DNA of 63,193 bases, filler included, from Octopus bimaculoides (GCF_001194135.2; 4 parts of 4 records of this genome joined end to end with filler, not necessarily neighbours in it); one strand, 5' to 3'; positions 1 to 15,237 are shown, counted from the whole stretch's first letter. Numbers and translations are program-made. Notes: a model not told the origin generated them from the letters alone.

Positions 1-42
<42 letters not shown>

Positions 43-171
43 GTATATATACATGTGTTTGTGTGTATATATATATGTATGTGTGTTTGCATATATATAT
101 GTGTAAATATATATATGCGTATATTTATATATATATATTTATATATGTGTGTAAATATATATATGTGCGTG

Positions 172-217
<46 letters not shown>

Positions 218-410
218 CATATATATATATATATACAGAGACACACACAGACACACATACATGTACATATATATATATATATGTACACATGCACTTAAAT
301 ACAGACACACACACTCATACGCACACATATATATATATGTCTGTATATATGTGCAAATGTACATATACACACACATATATGTGTGTGTGTATCCATGTCT
401 ACATGCACAC
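1..410. repeat. (AT)n/(AC)n microsatellite complex
   Basis: Direct inspection. Similar tracts occur throughout the window (e.g. 5775-5965, 8845-9650, 26690-27455, 51345-51540, 52325-52700). Confidence 0.95.
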
Positions 411-902
411 TAGTCGGTCTATAACTGGCCACGAATGACTGTACCGAAACTTGACCACTACGGCCTCTAGGTCTAGTATCTGACATTGCGATAGCAGATT
501 CCGTAAGCAGAAAGAAAAATGGGCGAAGATTTATGTTTTGAGATAAATGTGTTTATATTGGAAGCAAAATTGATCTCCAAGTAAACCGTGACTTTTGGCC
601 TTTTTCTCCTTGAACCGATGTAATATAATGCTTCACTTAGAAAATGTCCGCTTTCTGGAATATGCCTGTACGTGTGCGTTAGACTTAATATGAGAGTATG
701 GTAGTGGATTTCTTGCTCAAAATATGCCGACGTTGTGAGCTGTAGGCAAATTATGGACCTTCTGCTTATAAGAAGACGCAAAAAATTAAAATATTAATGC
801 ATGAGTGTTCTACCAACACTATTGCAAAACTAGACATAACTTTATTTTTTTATCAACTGGCAGATGTTTGTTCAAATTGCCTGTATTACTTGAGTAACTC
901 GT

Positions 903-1284
903 GGAGGCGCAATGGCTCAGTGGTTAGGCAACGAACTTGCGGTCATAGGATCGCGGTTTCGATTCCCAGACTGGGCGTTGTGAGTGTTTATTGAGCGAAA
1001 AACATCTATAGCTCCACGAGGCTCTTGCAGGGGATGGTGGCGAACCCTGCTGTACTCTTTCACCATAACTTTCTCTCACTCTTACTTCCTGTTTCTGTTG
1101 TGCCTGTAATTCAAAGGGTCAGCCTTGTCACACTGTGTCACGCTGAATATCTCCGAGAACTACGTTAAGGGTACACGTGTCTGTGGAGTGCTCAGCCACT
1201 TGCACGTTAATTTAACGAGCAGGCTGTTCCGTTGATCGGATCAACTGGAACCCTCGGCGTCGTAAGCGACGGAGTGCCAACAAC
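903..1284 (+). mobile_element. tRNA-derived SINE, family C, full length
   Basis: A box TGGCTCAGTGG and B box GGTTTCGATTCC; colinear with the copy at 48507-48855. Confidence 0.85.
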
Positions 1285-1702
1285 ATAGTGTAAGGAGGAC
1301 CACCGACCGTCCCAGTTTGCTGATTGCTTGATTTATTGCCAATGATGTGTGTGTAGTCGCATATTGTCATGTTGAATGTTCCCTTTTATATTCGTGTTCC
1401 GTTTTATCCTCCTTATGGCGTCTTTTTACTGCGTCTGTTTACGGTAGAAACACGTTCAAAGAGAACGACCCTCTTATTATCCCCCCATAAGGCTGTCACT
1501 ATGAATTTTTTGTGATGACCGCTGTGTATTGAGCTCCTTAAGTTTTGAGGGAGATTTGCAACGCCTTTCCATGGCCAGAACCTTCGTATGCGGATCGTAA
1601 ATATACGCGCGCGTTTCATACTCGGTCACTCTTTCGGAAGACCATGTTTTCCTTGGTTTCAATCATTTACAGCAGACTTCTACTCTTCTCTCTTTCAAAT
1701 CT

Positions 1703-1847
1703 GGTGTTCAACTAGTACTTATTTTATCGACCCCCGAAAGGGTGAAAGGCAAAGTTGATTTCGGCGTACTTTAAGCTCAGAACTCAGACAGGAAATGCCG
1801 TTAAGCATTTTGCTTGGCGTAATAACGGTTCTGCAAGCACGCCGCCT

Positions 1848-1848
<1 letters not shown>
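1703..1848 (-). mobile_element. SINE family A (Nin/Deu-like core)
   Basis: Reverse complement of the GGCGGCGAGCTGGCAGAA...GCCTTTCATCCTTTCGGGGTCGAT consensus seen repeatedly in the window. Confidence 0.8.
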
Positions 1849-1883
<35 letters not shown>

Positions 1884-1964
1884 TAGACACAAGACATGAA
1901 ATTCGGTGGAAGGGCTAGTCGCTTACGTCGATCCCGATACCTATTTTTAAAGACTGGTACTTAA

Positions 1965-2098
1965 TCTACCAGTCTCTTTTTGCCGAGCCACAAAGTTAGC
2001 AAGCCAACATCGGTTGTCAAACAATGGAGCGAAAAGTACAAGCACAACGACACACTTACACACTCACACTTACGCACACACACACACACATACACACA

Positions 2099-2139
<41 letters not shown>

Positions 2140-2330
2140 CGATACACCCACTCACACACGCACATATATATATAGCGCCGGGCGTTTTTTCAGTTTCCGT
2201 TTACCACATCCACTCGCGAGGCTTTGGTCCACCCGGGGCTATTGTAGGCAATAGTTACCCAAAGTCCCAGCAACGGTACTGAACTCACAATCATGTGGTT
2301 GGGAAGTTTGCTTACCACACAGCCATGTCC
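1965..2330 (-). mobile_element. SINE family B (CORE-like, internal CA microsatellite), diverged
   Basis: Colinear with 22847-23245. Confidence 0.7.
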
Positions 2331-2344
2331 TTTATGATAATATA

Positions 2345-2790
2345 ATGGTCAAAAACACAGAAACCATGACAGGCCTCACAACACTACACACTATCCAAGA
2401 TATAACTCAATATGAACAGCGCACATCCTGCGCAAGACATGGTGAATTCAAGTGAACATCTCAACTAGAACAAACTTCAAGCCTAGCCCTACAAAATAAG
2501 CCCCTAAAATAATAAAGCGACATAACTCTCACAACGTATACACTACAAAATTAACACCCAATAACATAACAGAAGTTACATGACGCACATAACAGACAAC
2601 AGAACAAAAACTAATGCAACACAAGATACAACAAAATAAACTTCGTAGCAAAACAGAATGATGCAGTAACAGGAGGAGTCCTGTTAGTTCCCTCGCCCCA
2701 CCTCACAAAAATGAGGAAAAACCACAGGAACATAGAGGTGCACCAGTGGGACAGTAGAAATTCGCATGAAACTACTCAGAAATAATAATA
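2345..2790 (+). mobile_element. R4/Dong-like LINE 3' end
   Basis: A frameshifted GTAHILRKT C-terminal motif, then a 3' UTR running into an (AAT)n tract. Confidence 0.6.
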
Positions 2791-2796
2791 GTGATG

Positions 2797-2854
<58 letters not shown>

Positions 2855-2855
<1 letters not shown>

Positions 2856-3042
2856 CCTTTCTGCATGAAACTTTGGGAGAGGAGACTAGCCGATTACATC
2901 GACCCCAGTGTTTCATTGGTACCTCGAAAGGATGAAAGGCAAAGTCAGCCTCGACAGAATTTGAACTCAGGACATAGCTGCAGACGAAATACCGCTAATC
3001 GTTTCGTCCAGCGTGCTAACGATTCTGCCAGCTCGCCACCTT
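2855..3042 (-). mobile_element. SINE family A
   Basis: Same consensus; embedded in (TAA)n on both sides. Confidence 0.85.
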
Positions 3043-3267
<225 letters not shown>

Positions 3268-3365
3268 GAAGACGTGGTGTGTGCAAACTCCAGAAGGAGT
3301 CACCGAAAATGAGAATTGCAAAATCCTGTCGGACGCAATGGTCCAGTGCGATCATCCAACCAGAC
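3268..3365 (+). mobile_element. R4/Dong-like LINE fragment (region before the restriction-like endonuclease)
   Basis: WCVQTPEGVTENENCKILSDAMVQCDHPTRH resembles the PE-x-V-x-EN-x2-KILWD-x2-IQ-x-D motif. Confidence 0.65.
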
Positions 3366-3563
3366 ATGGGAAATCGCAGGGTTCTTGAAGCATGACCAGT
3401 ATAGAAGAGTCACCTAAGTCTGCTGGGTGTGGACAGCTGACACTTCCCATCATGGCCAGCAAAACAAGCTGAGCTTTGTAGGTCGTCAGTGAAAAGAAAA
3501 CTGATTTGTATCTGAAGAGATAAAGGTATTAGACGTCGAAGAATGCGAAAGGACACACACACG

Positions 3564-3622
<59 letters not shown>

Positions 3623-4012
3623 GTGTGTATGTGTGTGTGTGTGTATGTGTGTGTGTGTGTGTGTGTGTGCTGTGATATTTATGTATGCATGCATATTGCC
3701 TATTACGCAGCAGACATTTCAGGAGATGACGCACACAAGAATCTCTTAAATATCACACCACACATCATATGACGTAATATTTATATAGTCAACGTCTGAA
3801 AAAGATATTTAACATTGTTATGAAAATTTCTTGGGAGGTTAAAACATCAATTTAATGACATTAAGTTATCAGCAACTGGACTGCCGTGAAGTCGAATCCA
3901 CCACTCTCATGATACAGTTGATACTGATGTATGTACTTATTTACAAGCATTGTTTTTTTTTACATACACTGTATAATTGACGTGGTCTCGGAAATATAAT
4001 GTGTGCGTGTTA

Positions 4013-4222
4013 TTTTTTTACTACCCACAAGGGTTTACACACAGAGGGGACAAACAAGGACTGACAAATGGATTAAGTCGATTATATCGACCCCAGTGCG
4101 TAACTGGTACTTATTTAATCGACCCCGAAAGGATGAAAGGCAAAGTCGACCTCAGCGGAATTTGAACTTAGAACTTAGCGGCAGACGAAATACCGCTAAG
4201 CATTTCGCCCGGCGTGCTAACA
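4013..4222 (-). mobile_element. SINE family A
   Basis: Near-consensus copy. Confidence 0.9.
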
Positions 4223-4342
4223 TTTCTGCCAGTTCGCCGCATTACATATAATGTATGTGTGTGATTGTCTCTAGGCATGTGTGCGTGTATAGATAGACAG
4301 ACAGACAACCAGACATATTGACAGACAGACAGACAGACAGAC

Positions 4343-4402
<60 letters not shown>

Positions 4403-5788
4403 CGCGGTATTCACGGTATTCACGGTATCTACCAGATTATCAGATATTGTTATACATCGCTGGTCACAGTGCACTTCGCATTGTTGTAGCTTTCGAATGT
4501 CACCTCGCTGGCTAGGCGACCAAGCCACCATTTCCCCTTGAATAGAAGGATATCCCATCGCAGAATTGATTTTATCACTTCTTGAACATCTTGTATGTTT
4601 ACTTAAGGACGGTGAAATATGTGCATCATTCGGACTACCGTGCTATTGAGTCCTCGACAACAGGTTTAATAAAAATAGTGCCAAAATATATACAACAATT
4701 AAAAAATGACATTCACATATTCGTAATGTTTTTATGGTATATATGTAAGAGAATATGAATCATTGTTTTGTTCGGATGACGAATCCTCAATATATTTTCG
4801 AGAAGAAACGACAATGAATTTTACAGAGGAAATCGGAAATGAGATACAACTATAAAGCAGCTGATCATGATGCTACTTGTATTAAAGATCTTATTGTATC
4901 TACATTGTAAGAAGAAATTCTAGTTTATATGCTTCAAGAGATGGGAGACCAAGCTCACATTTTCTGTGCAATTACAACTTGATATCTGCTCTCTGTACAT
5001 TTCGAAAGCCTTAGATTTTCGAGCTACGACCTCGTTTACAGAAAGTGAAACGATAAGGCATTTCTGGCTTCCTAAAAGTCTTTTTTTTTTAAAGATCCTC
5101 GCATATTTATACATTTAACTACCGACGGAAGCCGATTCAATACAGCTCTTTCAAAATATACATGGAACTTTAACAATAATAATATTAACTCTTATAAATT
5201 CAATTTGTACATTATACAACACGCGTTCCGCTTCTCCAGAAGTTGCGATATCTGTCTTTTAGAGGAAGTATTTTTTATATTACAGCTTTTGTTGTTTTGA
5301 TCAAAAAGTCGGAACTGTTAGATTTTAACGGACGCTTCCATCACTATTTAATGAAGAACTCCAAGATACTAACTTACTAAAGCAATTTATTTCTCGCATA
5401 TTGGATTTTCCATATCCTGCAAATTGATCAATTCCTAAAAGAAGCATTCATTTATTTATTAATCATTAGAACCCACCATCTATACTTACGCTCGTTTTCT
5501 ACATATCAAATTTAAAACGTGCAAACTTTTTTTGTGTGGGAATATATGAATATATCACATGTATTGCGTATGACACTTTAATAGATGAATATATGATGCA
5601 TTTCGTAACAGTTTTCAGCAACTAATAGAATGTACAAGCAAATATTTTTGCTCATTGTCACACTGCTTCCCTACTGCAATCGATTAACCAATCGGCAACA
5701 TGAAACTCAAATTTAAGATTCAAGAAGCTTCTGCTTAAAACGATATACATAATACATTGAGTGTGAACGTATGTATATATGAATACAC

Positions 5789-5889
<101 letters not shown>

Positions 5890-6950
5890 CGTATGTATGT
5901 ATACTTATAAGTATATATACATGTTCATATGTGGGCATATAAGTATATATACATAGCAAATATATATGTGCACACGCATGTATATGTGCAACGGTGGATC
6001 TCGTTCAAATGTGGTGATGTATATTTTGATTTATGTATGTATGGATGTATGTGTGTCTCTGTGTGTTTGATCCAACAGTCAATACGAATAAATCATGAGA
6101 TGGAATAGGGTGGATGATATGTAGGGAATAAAATTCAACAGTTTCTATTTTATTCCTATAGAAATGTCGAACCATGCAGAATTGGAATTCGAAACGTTTC
6201 ATGGCGAAGTAAAAAACCGTAATTCGAAGGAAGATAGACAGATTGAGAGAAACAGAGCAACAGACCGTGACAGCCACAAACAGATAAAGGGAAAATTCAA
6301 CTCCAATGCTTGTCTAGTACTAAAATTATCGACACCGAAATGTTTGAAAGTAAAGTTGACTTCGATGAAATGTGAATTTAGAGTACACGGTACCGGAACA
6401 CATATCTGAACGTAGTCTATCTGATGTTCTACCTTAGTCCTACAGTATTTCTGCCCTCTGCCACCATTTTACTACCTCACCAATATTGGCTTCATCGGAA
6501 CCACAATACCTGACTCTTATTGTGGTGGAGGAAATGTAATATATGTAATATAATATCTATAGAATTGGCACAAATGGGAAACGCAAATCATTACAGATTT
6601 TAGAATACATTCCCTCGATTCGTGATTTTAATTTTGAAGTGTTTTTTAAGTCGAAACTCTCTAATATTCTTTGCATCAATAGAATAAGTATTGGCAGCAC
6701 CGCAGGCAGCGGACTGCCAGGCTTGTTAGGGCGTTGGTTAGTTATCTGTACTTAGTACACTGCGGTCTTTGTTCATATCTCGTCATGAAGCAGATAAATA
6801 TAATACCCATCATGAAGTGAGGTCGGTTCTTTTCCTCACTCTCTCATATTCACTCTGAGTTGAATACTTTCTGCCACGAGGAGGGTTGTGCTGGAGTGTA
6901 ATTACAGCTAATAGGGTATACTTTTCTGTTCCTATTTCCTTCTCTCTCTT

Positions 6951-7015
<65 letters not shown>

Positions 7016-7349
7016 GCCTTTCTCTCTTTCAATCAACTGCCAACTACAGAGAACCAGTAAAAGAGTATGAATACATACATGCAGGTATATAGGTATATAT
7101 AGCAATAAGAAAATGGAGGGGAATATGTGTTACTCATCAACTTGCAGACATTGTATTATGTCAATTTGCCTGTTTATTTTTCAACTAAGCGGACAGGACA
7201 ATAAAAACAATATACAAACACATATGACATATTATGTCATACCAGTAATAAAAATTAAAAAGACATCTAGTGACCGAAAAAGGGGACAATGTCTTACAGC
7301 TGTTTCAGCTTAGTGGTGACATGCCTCATTCTATCTATATAACTCCAGT

Positions 7350-7396
<47 letters not shown>

Positions 7397-7654
7397 CATG
7401 TAGGGAGGTGTACATATAAGCATATATGTTTGTACTTATGCATGACTGCATGCATATACATGATACATGCCGATATGGATTCCGTGGGACCACATGCAGC
7501 CTGCTTTCCCCGCCCCCAGAAATGGAGAAGAATTGACTGGTTGACCCTTACCATTGATGAAAAATCGACATGGCTACTAAAGCAGTCTATAGACAAGGTG
7601 AAGTGTACACTGTACGAGAATTAAGGAAGATGCTATCATTTAACCGGCAATAGC

Positions 7655-8118
7655 GTAACAATTTTTTTCTGTTAGAGGCACACGGTCTGAAATTTGGAGA
7701 GAGGGGACTAGTTAATTACATCTCAGCACCCCCACTCCACACACACCGTTGCTCAACTAGTACTTATTTTATCGACCCCGAAAGGAGTAAAGGCGAAGTC
7801 GACTTCGCCGCAATTTGAACTGAGAACATAAAAACGGCCGAAAGGCTGCTGAGCATTTTGTCCGGCGTGGAAACCATTCTGCCAGCTCGCCACCTTCAGC
7901 GATACAGTAATAAGCCTTTCTGTTAAAGAAACAAGGCCTGAAATTTGAGGGGAGGGGGTACTCTATTACATCGACCCCAGAACTCACCTTGCACTTAATT
8001 TATCGAGAGCGAAATGTTGAAAGGCAAAGTCGACCTTGGCGACTTTTGAATTCAAAACGTAAAGATGGACGATATGCCGCTAACCATGTTGTTCGTCATG
8101 CTAACAGTTCTGTCTGTT
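7655..8118 (-). mobile_element. Two tandem SINE family A copies
   Basis: Two cores ATCGACCCCGAAAGG...AAAGTCGAC, at about 7771 and about 8002. Confidence 0.8.
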
Positions 8119-8848
8119 CGTCCCCTTCTACAATAAAGTAATAATAACTAAGTCTATATTTTTGTGTCACACTCTCACCACTATGCTTTCTTTTTATTTT
8201 TCATTATTTATATTTTTAAATTAATTTGTCGTGGTAAGGAGCTCATCGGGACACAAGGAAAGGTGAAATAAGAATTAAATAGCGCACATGAACGTTTAAT
8301 AATATAACCGGATAAACGCATTTTTCTATGACAATAGTTTTTCTCTTCTTTTCAGCATTTCATTCGAAAGGGTGTTGCACAGAAATACAAAATGCATGTC
8401 AAATGTGCAATGAGTCATAAGAACAAAACTTCGTCTAAGTCTAGCGAAAAGTCTATAAAAAAAACAGAACCGACCTCTTGCGGTAGTTACAGAAGGGAAG
8501 AATTAAGAAGAAAGCAAAAAGACAGAAGACAAAATAAAAAGAAAAACCAAAAGAAAACGGTCAACCCATCTTATTAAAAGAAATGGCTTACTCATTCTAC
8601 TTGTCTATAGACTGTTCCGGCTCGCTGCTACTTCAGGTCAAATGAGTTCTTCTAATATAGAAGAATAAGACGGATGAATATTTAAACGCAACGCCAAGAA
8701 AAATGCAAAGAGGCGGGCATGTTGAAATAGTGAAAATACAGAAACAACAAAATGAACGTAAGAAACGAATGAAAGGTTTCTTTAACTTCTTCAGCGAGAG
8801 GGTGTTGAAGTCGACACCCTCTAATTAAGTATGGCTTGTATGCAATTA

Positions 8849-8880
<32 letters not shown>

Positions 8881-8904
8881 CACAGATGTGCGTGTATATA
8901 TATG

Positions 8905-8953
<49 letters not shown>

Positions 8954-9232
8954 NNNNNNNNNNNNNNNNNNNNNNNNNNNNNNNNNNNNNNNNNNNNNNN
9001 NNNNNNNNNNNNNNNNNNNNNNNNNNNNNNNNNNNNNNNNNNNNNNNNNNNNNNNNNNNNNNNNNNNNNNNNNNNNNNNNNNNNNNNNNNNNNNNNNNNN
9101 NNNNNNNNNNNNNNNNNNNNNNNNNNNNNNNNNNNNNNNNNNNNNNNNNNNNNNNNNNNNNNNNNNNNNNNNNNNNNNNNNNNNNNNNNNNNNNNNNNNN
9201 NNTATATATATATATATATGCGTATATATATA

Positions 9233-9271
<39 letters not shown>

Positions 9272-9597
9272 TGCTACGTACATATTTCTATACACACACA
9301 AATATACGTACAAACACATGCATACATTTAGATATGTATAGATATATATATGAATACATGTTTATATATGTGATGTGTGTGTATGTAAGTATGTATCCAT
9401 ATGTATGAATATGTGTGCACGTATGTATTTGTATGTATGAATATATTTGAATATGCACACGCAGACTTATGCATGTCTTTATGTGTGTATATGTGTGTGT
9501 GTGTATACGTGCCACCGAGCGCGCGCGGGTCTGTGCTTGCGTAAGCGTATGTAAGCTGTGTCTCCGTGTGTGTGTGTGTGTGTGTGTNNNNNNNNNN

Positions 9598-9655
<58 letters not shown>

Positions 9656-10039
9656 AATGAACAGGTGATCACAAACAAGAGCGAATAATGAAGCGGGATT
9701 ATACCAGAATGGAAACAGCATAATAAACCATAAGGTACTAGGTTATATGGAAAATGTGACCTGGTTATATTGGTGCACCTCCTTCTGTTAAATTTATGAT
9801 ACGATAAAATGGATGCTCAAATAAAGAGATGAATATAAAACTTATAACTCGTTCTGTCATGATTATCGTTGCTAACACCATCGAATTATCGCTATCCAGA
9901 TCGATTTCGTTGTTGTTTATGATTTTGTTGTTGTTTTTACAGCTACCATTTGGCAAATATTAGCTCCGGTTTTACATAATCACCAATAGGTATACAGTAC
10001 CACTACGCTTTTAGAGCACATCAGAAATATAATGTTTTC

Positions 10040-10260
10040 TGTTACAGGCGCAAGACCTGGAAACCTTATGAAGGTTAGAGCTCGTCGATTACACCGAACT
10101 CAGTGCGAAAGTGGGAACTTTATTTTATCGATCTGAGGGGATGAACGGCAATGGACGAACTGAGTGGGGTTTGAACTCGAAAGGTAAAAAGCGGAAGAAA
10201 TACCGCTAAGTATCTTTTTTCTTCAGTGTGCTTAACGATTCTGCCAGCTTACCCGCCTCA
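10040..10260 (-). mobile_element. SINE family A, diverged
   Basis: Recognisable head and tail; the core is eroded. Confidence 0.7.
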
Positions 10261-10619
10261 GAAATATAATGAACACTAGCTAACTGTGCTCTTGGTCATG
10301 CTGGCGGCGGTGGCAGCAACGGTGGTGGCGCTGTTGGTGGCGGCGGCGGTGGTGGTGGCGGCGGCGATGGTGGTGGTTGATGTGGGGGNNNNNNNNNNTC
10401 AGAGGAGGTGGAGGAAGTGGAGCAGGGTTAGGGGAATCAGAAGCGGTGGAGGAAGAGGAGCAGGGGGAGTAATACGTGGGGGGTGAAGTGGGGGCGGGAG
10501 TGGTAGTGGTGTTGTAGCCGTGTCAACAGTGAGGAAGAACATGATGAGGAAAGTAGGGGGTTGGAGGTTATTAATGACGACGGTCACACTGATGTTGAAG
10601 TTCACGATAATGATGATGA

Positions 10620-10653
<34 letters not shown>

Positions 10654-10999
10654 GGTGGTGGTGACGATGATAACGACGCTTATGATGACGGCGATGACGA
10701 CGACGAACACGATGACCCCCGATCCTCTTTAATGGTCAGAGGTGAGGCAGAGATTGATATAAGTAGCATTGTTAAGAAAATGTGGGCAAGAAGAAATCAT
10801 AAGAAAAATGGCTAATAGTCTGGAACTAGGTTACGTAATTTGGTGGCTAGCTCGGAGATCAGACGTTTTAGTACGTCGAGATGTAAGTGCAGTCTGAAAT
10901 CTTTTGCATGTGTTATTTTAATTAACGATTTATACGTACATATCTGCACATACACACACACACACAAACATAACACACATACATATACGTATGTGTGTG

Positions 11000-11066
<67 letters not shown>

Positions 11067-11224
11067 ATATATGTACTTATATGGACAGTGTTTATGGGCC
11101 TTGTGCCTTTAGTAGAAAGGATATGAACAGTATTTATATGGTCGGGCGGCGTAGGGGTGTTAGTTCTTTGACAATCTCTTCTTCGAACTTTATATGAACA
11201 AGCAAGTCAGTTCAGAGAGTAATA

Positions 11225-11840
11225 CGGGTTTCAAAGTTTGGCACATGGTCAGCAGTTTCGGGGGAGGGCATAATTCGATTATATCGACCCCGGTACATAA
11301 CTGCTACTTATTCTATCGACGAGAAATGATAAAAGCCAAAGTGAACCTCGGCGAAATTTGAACTGAGATTGTGAAGACGGACGAAATGCCGCTAAGCAGT
11401 TTACCCGGCGTGTTAATGTTTCTTATCTGTTTATTGCCTACAAGCGGCTAAACATAGAGGGGACAAACAAGGACAGACAAAGGGATTAAGTCGATTACAT
11501 CGACGCCAGTGCGTAACTGGTACTTAATTTATCGACCCCGAAAGGATGAAAGGCAAAGTCGACCTCGGCGGAATTTGAACTCAGAGCATAACGACAGACG
11601 AAATACCGCTAAGCATTTCGCCCGACGTGCTAACGTTTCTGCCAGCTCGCCGCCTTGGTACAGGGAGCAATATAAGCTTCAAATTTTGACAAAAGGCCAG
11701 TAATTTCGTGGGAGGGTGTACGTCAACCCTGAAAGGAGGAAAAGCAAGATCGACCACGAATAAATTTGAACTCAGAACATAAAGAGGGGAGAAACACCAC
11801 TAATAATTTTGCCAGGCGTGCTAACAATTCTGTTACCTAG
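11225..11840 (-). mobile_element. Three tandem SINE family A copies
   Basis: Copies at about 11225-11420, 11421-11656 (near consensus) and 11670-11840. Confidence 0.8.
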
Positions 11841-11889
11841 CCGTATGAGTGAATATTAATTCATAAATGACTACCAGCAAAACAGGATT

Positions 11890-12215
11890 TGCGCAAACGC
11901 CTTTAATACCTTACAGCTGTTTTGCCGAACCGCTAGTTTACAGGAACTTAAGCAGACGATCGCCAGTTGTCAAGCGGTTGCAGGGAGACAAACAGACACA
12001 AAACACACACACACACACATGCATCTGTGTCTGTGTGTGTGTGTGTGTGTTTGACTCTGTGTGTGTGTGCAACGGAATTCTTTCAGTTTACGTCTACCAA
12101 AACCACTTGCCGACTCGAGGCTATAGTAGAAGACACTTGCCCAATGTGTCACGCAGCGGGACTGAATTCTGATCCATGTGGTTAGGAAGCAAACTTCTTA
12201 CCACACAGTCACACC
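11890..12215 (-). mobile_element. SINE family B
   Basis: Colinear with 22847-23245. Confidence 0.75.
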
Positions 12216-12237
12216 TGCGACTATTATCCACACATAC

Positions 12238-12295
<58 letters not shown>

Positions 12296-13899
12296 CACAT
12301 GCACGTTAAGTGTTGACTCTGGGAAAAAATGACTACACAATAGCGTAGGTAGAGATTAGTCAAATGTTTTATTTTGGTCGAGTCAGTCTCTTGCTACTGA
12401 GTTTTATTCTGGGTGCTCAGGATCTTGAGGAAGTTCTGATACTCAACACTCGCCTGAAGATTTTATGCACTCACGGAGCAGTGAGAGATTATTCGAACAA
12501 AATAATATACATGCGTGTATGTGTGCGTCTATGTATGTATGTGTGTGTATTTCTTCAAAGGATACGTGCGTCTCTGTATACAGTTACATATATAAGCGTG
12601 TATATATGTTTGTGTACAAATGTGAGTAAGAAAGGCATAGAAAGTGTGTGTTTGAGCGTCTGAATCTAAAATAGATATCTTTCCAAATTTGCAAACTGGT
12701 TACACACTTTGGTTAGCTTCTTCGATTTTAACATTTTACACACATGGATTATTCTTTTATTTCATGCAATAGAAATTTTTCAGCTTAACTCCCCCAGCTC
12801 CTCTTTTCTTCCCCCTATCCTTCATATGTAATAGTATTTAACTTTTATGCACGAAGTTTGAACAAAAAAAAAAAACAAAAAAAAAAACAGAACATAAATA
12901 CTTTTTTTTTCAAAAACTACATCTAATTGACATTTTTTGTACTCTGCAGAAAATATCTTTCCTGAAATGATGACTAAATGTTTCATATTTACAAAAGCCG
13001 GAGGATCAAAGGTGTTTTTCTTCGTCAACACAACGTTTTTATTTCTATTCCCATTTCTGAGCGACAAATCAATAAACAGTCGATAGCCACTGTTTATTGA
13101 TTGGTCAGTGATTAACCTAAAAGATTATTTTACTACTCAATAACAACAACTATTCGACTACATTAATTGCTCACATTATTTTTTTTAAATATGTTACTCA
13201 ATGCCCTTACATATAAAACACCACTAAACGCTGATTTTACGATCGGAAAACCATTGAAACCAAGACAGATTTGTTTAATCTTGTCTTTTGTGTATTTGGT
13301 AAATTGATTGTCAAAAAAGATTATAAAAAGGTCCTATTTTTCTATTTTATCTTTCCCCCTCTCTTTCTCTCCATCTCTTTCCACTTCCTATCTGTCCCCA
13401 TATATCTTTCCTTTTCTCTTCTCCTCCTCACACAGTCAATCACAGTTTGTTGGTCGGCGTAAACCATCTGTTATAGTGCATCCATCTATAAAGTGATAAT
13501 TTCTTCCTTTCCCCACATTGCATGCACTGTCAATCCATCATGCATTCACCTCCATTTTGTTTCAACAAGATTTTCAAGAATGGAAACAATTCAAAATAAC
13601 AACAGCGTGAACACTTTGCTTTTAGGGAGCGAATTCAGTAACTTCACTACATGTACATCTCAAGTATCCTTTTTTTTCTTTTCTTTTTTTTCATGTACAG
13701 CTACAAGATTCGTCTATGACCTGATGAATGTCAATAAAAAGGAAGAAAGAAAGAGAGAGAAAAACTAAAGAGAAGGAAGGGAGGGAGACAGGAAGGAAGC
13801 TGACTAATTGAAAGAAAAATGGCTTCAATGGAAATTTAAAAATTAATACCAAGAATGTAACACGAACAATACTAAATGGTTGTGTGACTGAGCAGCAGC

Positions 13900-13968
<69 letters not shown>

Positions 13969-14209
13969 TGTTGTTGTTGTTGGTGGTGGTGGTGGTGGTA
14001 TTGTGATTTGTAATATATGCACAAGGCGAGATGTATTAGACGTGGGTAGAACCTTTGTAAACAATTCCAGTGCCTGGCCGGTGCTTATTTTATCAACTAC
14101 AGAAACATGAAAATTAAAGTCGATACCAGCTGAATCTGGCCCGTAATGACTCTTGTAGATAAAAAGATTAAATTCGGACTAACAAACCAATATGAAAAAG
14201 AGAGAGAGA

Positions 14210-15170
14210 GACCGATTTCCGGAAGGCTTTTGAAAATGTTTCTCCTGTCGAATTCTGACACATTGAACACGTAAGATACACACCGTAAGTCAGGAATAAC
14301 TGGAAAATATTTTTACAACAGAAAAATGAACCATCCCTAGTAGACGAAGAATATTCACACTAAACTCCCTTTCTACACGACCTAAATATCTGTAACTAAA
14401 GTGCTAAACCAGGTTTAACAAGGATACATAACCAGCCAGATAATATGCAGCTAGAAAACATTATACATGTTGCACAGATTTCGTATAGAATTTGCCAGGA
14501 ATTTAGAAAACTCAGTCAAGGCAACTCTGAAGAGAGAAAAATTAATTTTAAAAACTACTAATATCATGTTAAATTAAGAATCAGAGACAAGTGAATTATA
14601 CCAAACACAGACATAGAACTAGTTAAGAATTAATAAACTACGTAGTGGAGTATACACAAATGAAAGAGGTATTAGAAAATAAAATTGTAAACACATTAAA
14701 TTAATATTTAAATCCGAGAATAAAAATTAAGTTATTGGTTATCAATTATGTAGTTGTTCAAGTAATAAGTTATGCTGATTCACTTAACTGGAATCTAAGT
14801 GAATTTGCAATAATAAATAGTAAAGCAACGAAAATAATGTTAGCATTCAGAGCACACCACTCAGAAGCAGATAGAGAGATATATTTCCTATGAAATAACA
14901 GAAGTAAAGGTATTCTCGAGTTAGTAAATTATCATTTCTACTGCATGATTACAATGAGACCTAGTAAGGCATAAGACGAGCCTATAACAAGTAGCTACAA
15001 AACATGGAGGACAACACTGAGTTCTGTCTTCAAGAAGACGATTAATATCAGACAAACACGGTGAATACGAAAAAGCAGTGGCTAAAAATTTAGAAATTGA
15101 AAATAGAATTACAGAATATCTTTATAAGATATTTCGGAAAGAAAAGTGCCTACATGCCAAATAAAAATTA
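14210..15170 (+). mobile_element. Highly degenerate non-LTR reverse transcriptase
   Basis: DFRKAFENV at 14214, an SGV remnant near 14644 and YAD at 14771. Motif spacing is irregular and there are many stops. Confidence 0.4.
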
Positions 15171-15197
15171 TTAAAGCGGTAGTGAATAACAAGTGTT

Positions 15198-15237
<40 letters not shown>

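Noticed and set aside
55-438. Long YI/HT/CV/poly-X ORFs in the supplied track
   Set aside because: They are translations of dinucleotide or trinucleotide microsatellites and N-gaps.
903-975. tRNA-like sequences
   Set aside because: They are SINE heads that continue into the SINE body, with no complete cloverleaf.
7583-8613. 15-bp inverted match CAGTCTATAGACAAG about 1 kb apart
   Set aside because: It contains a 10-bp palindrome, and one such match is expected by chance in a window this size.
8798-8821. 8-bp stem hairpin GAGGGTGT/ACACCCTC as a Helitron end
   Set aside because: There is no CTRR terminus at the expected distance on either strand.
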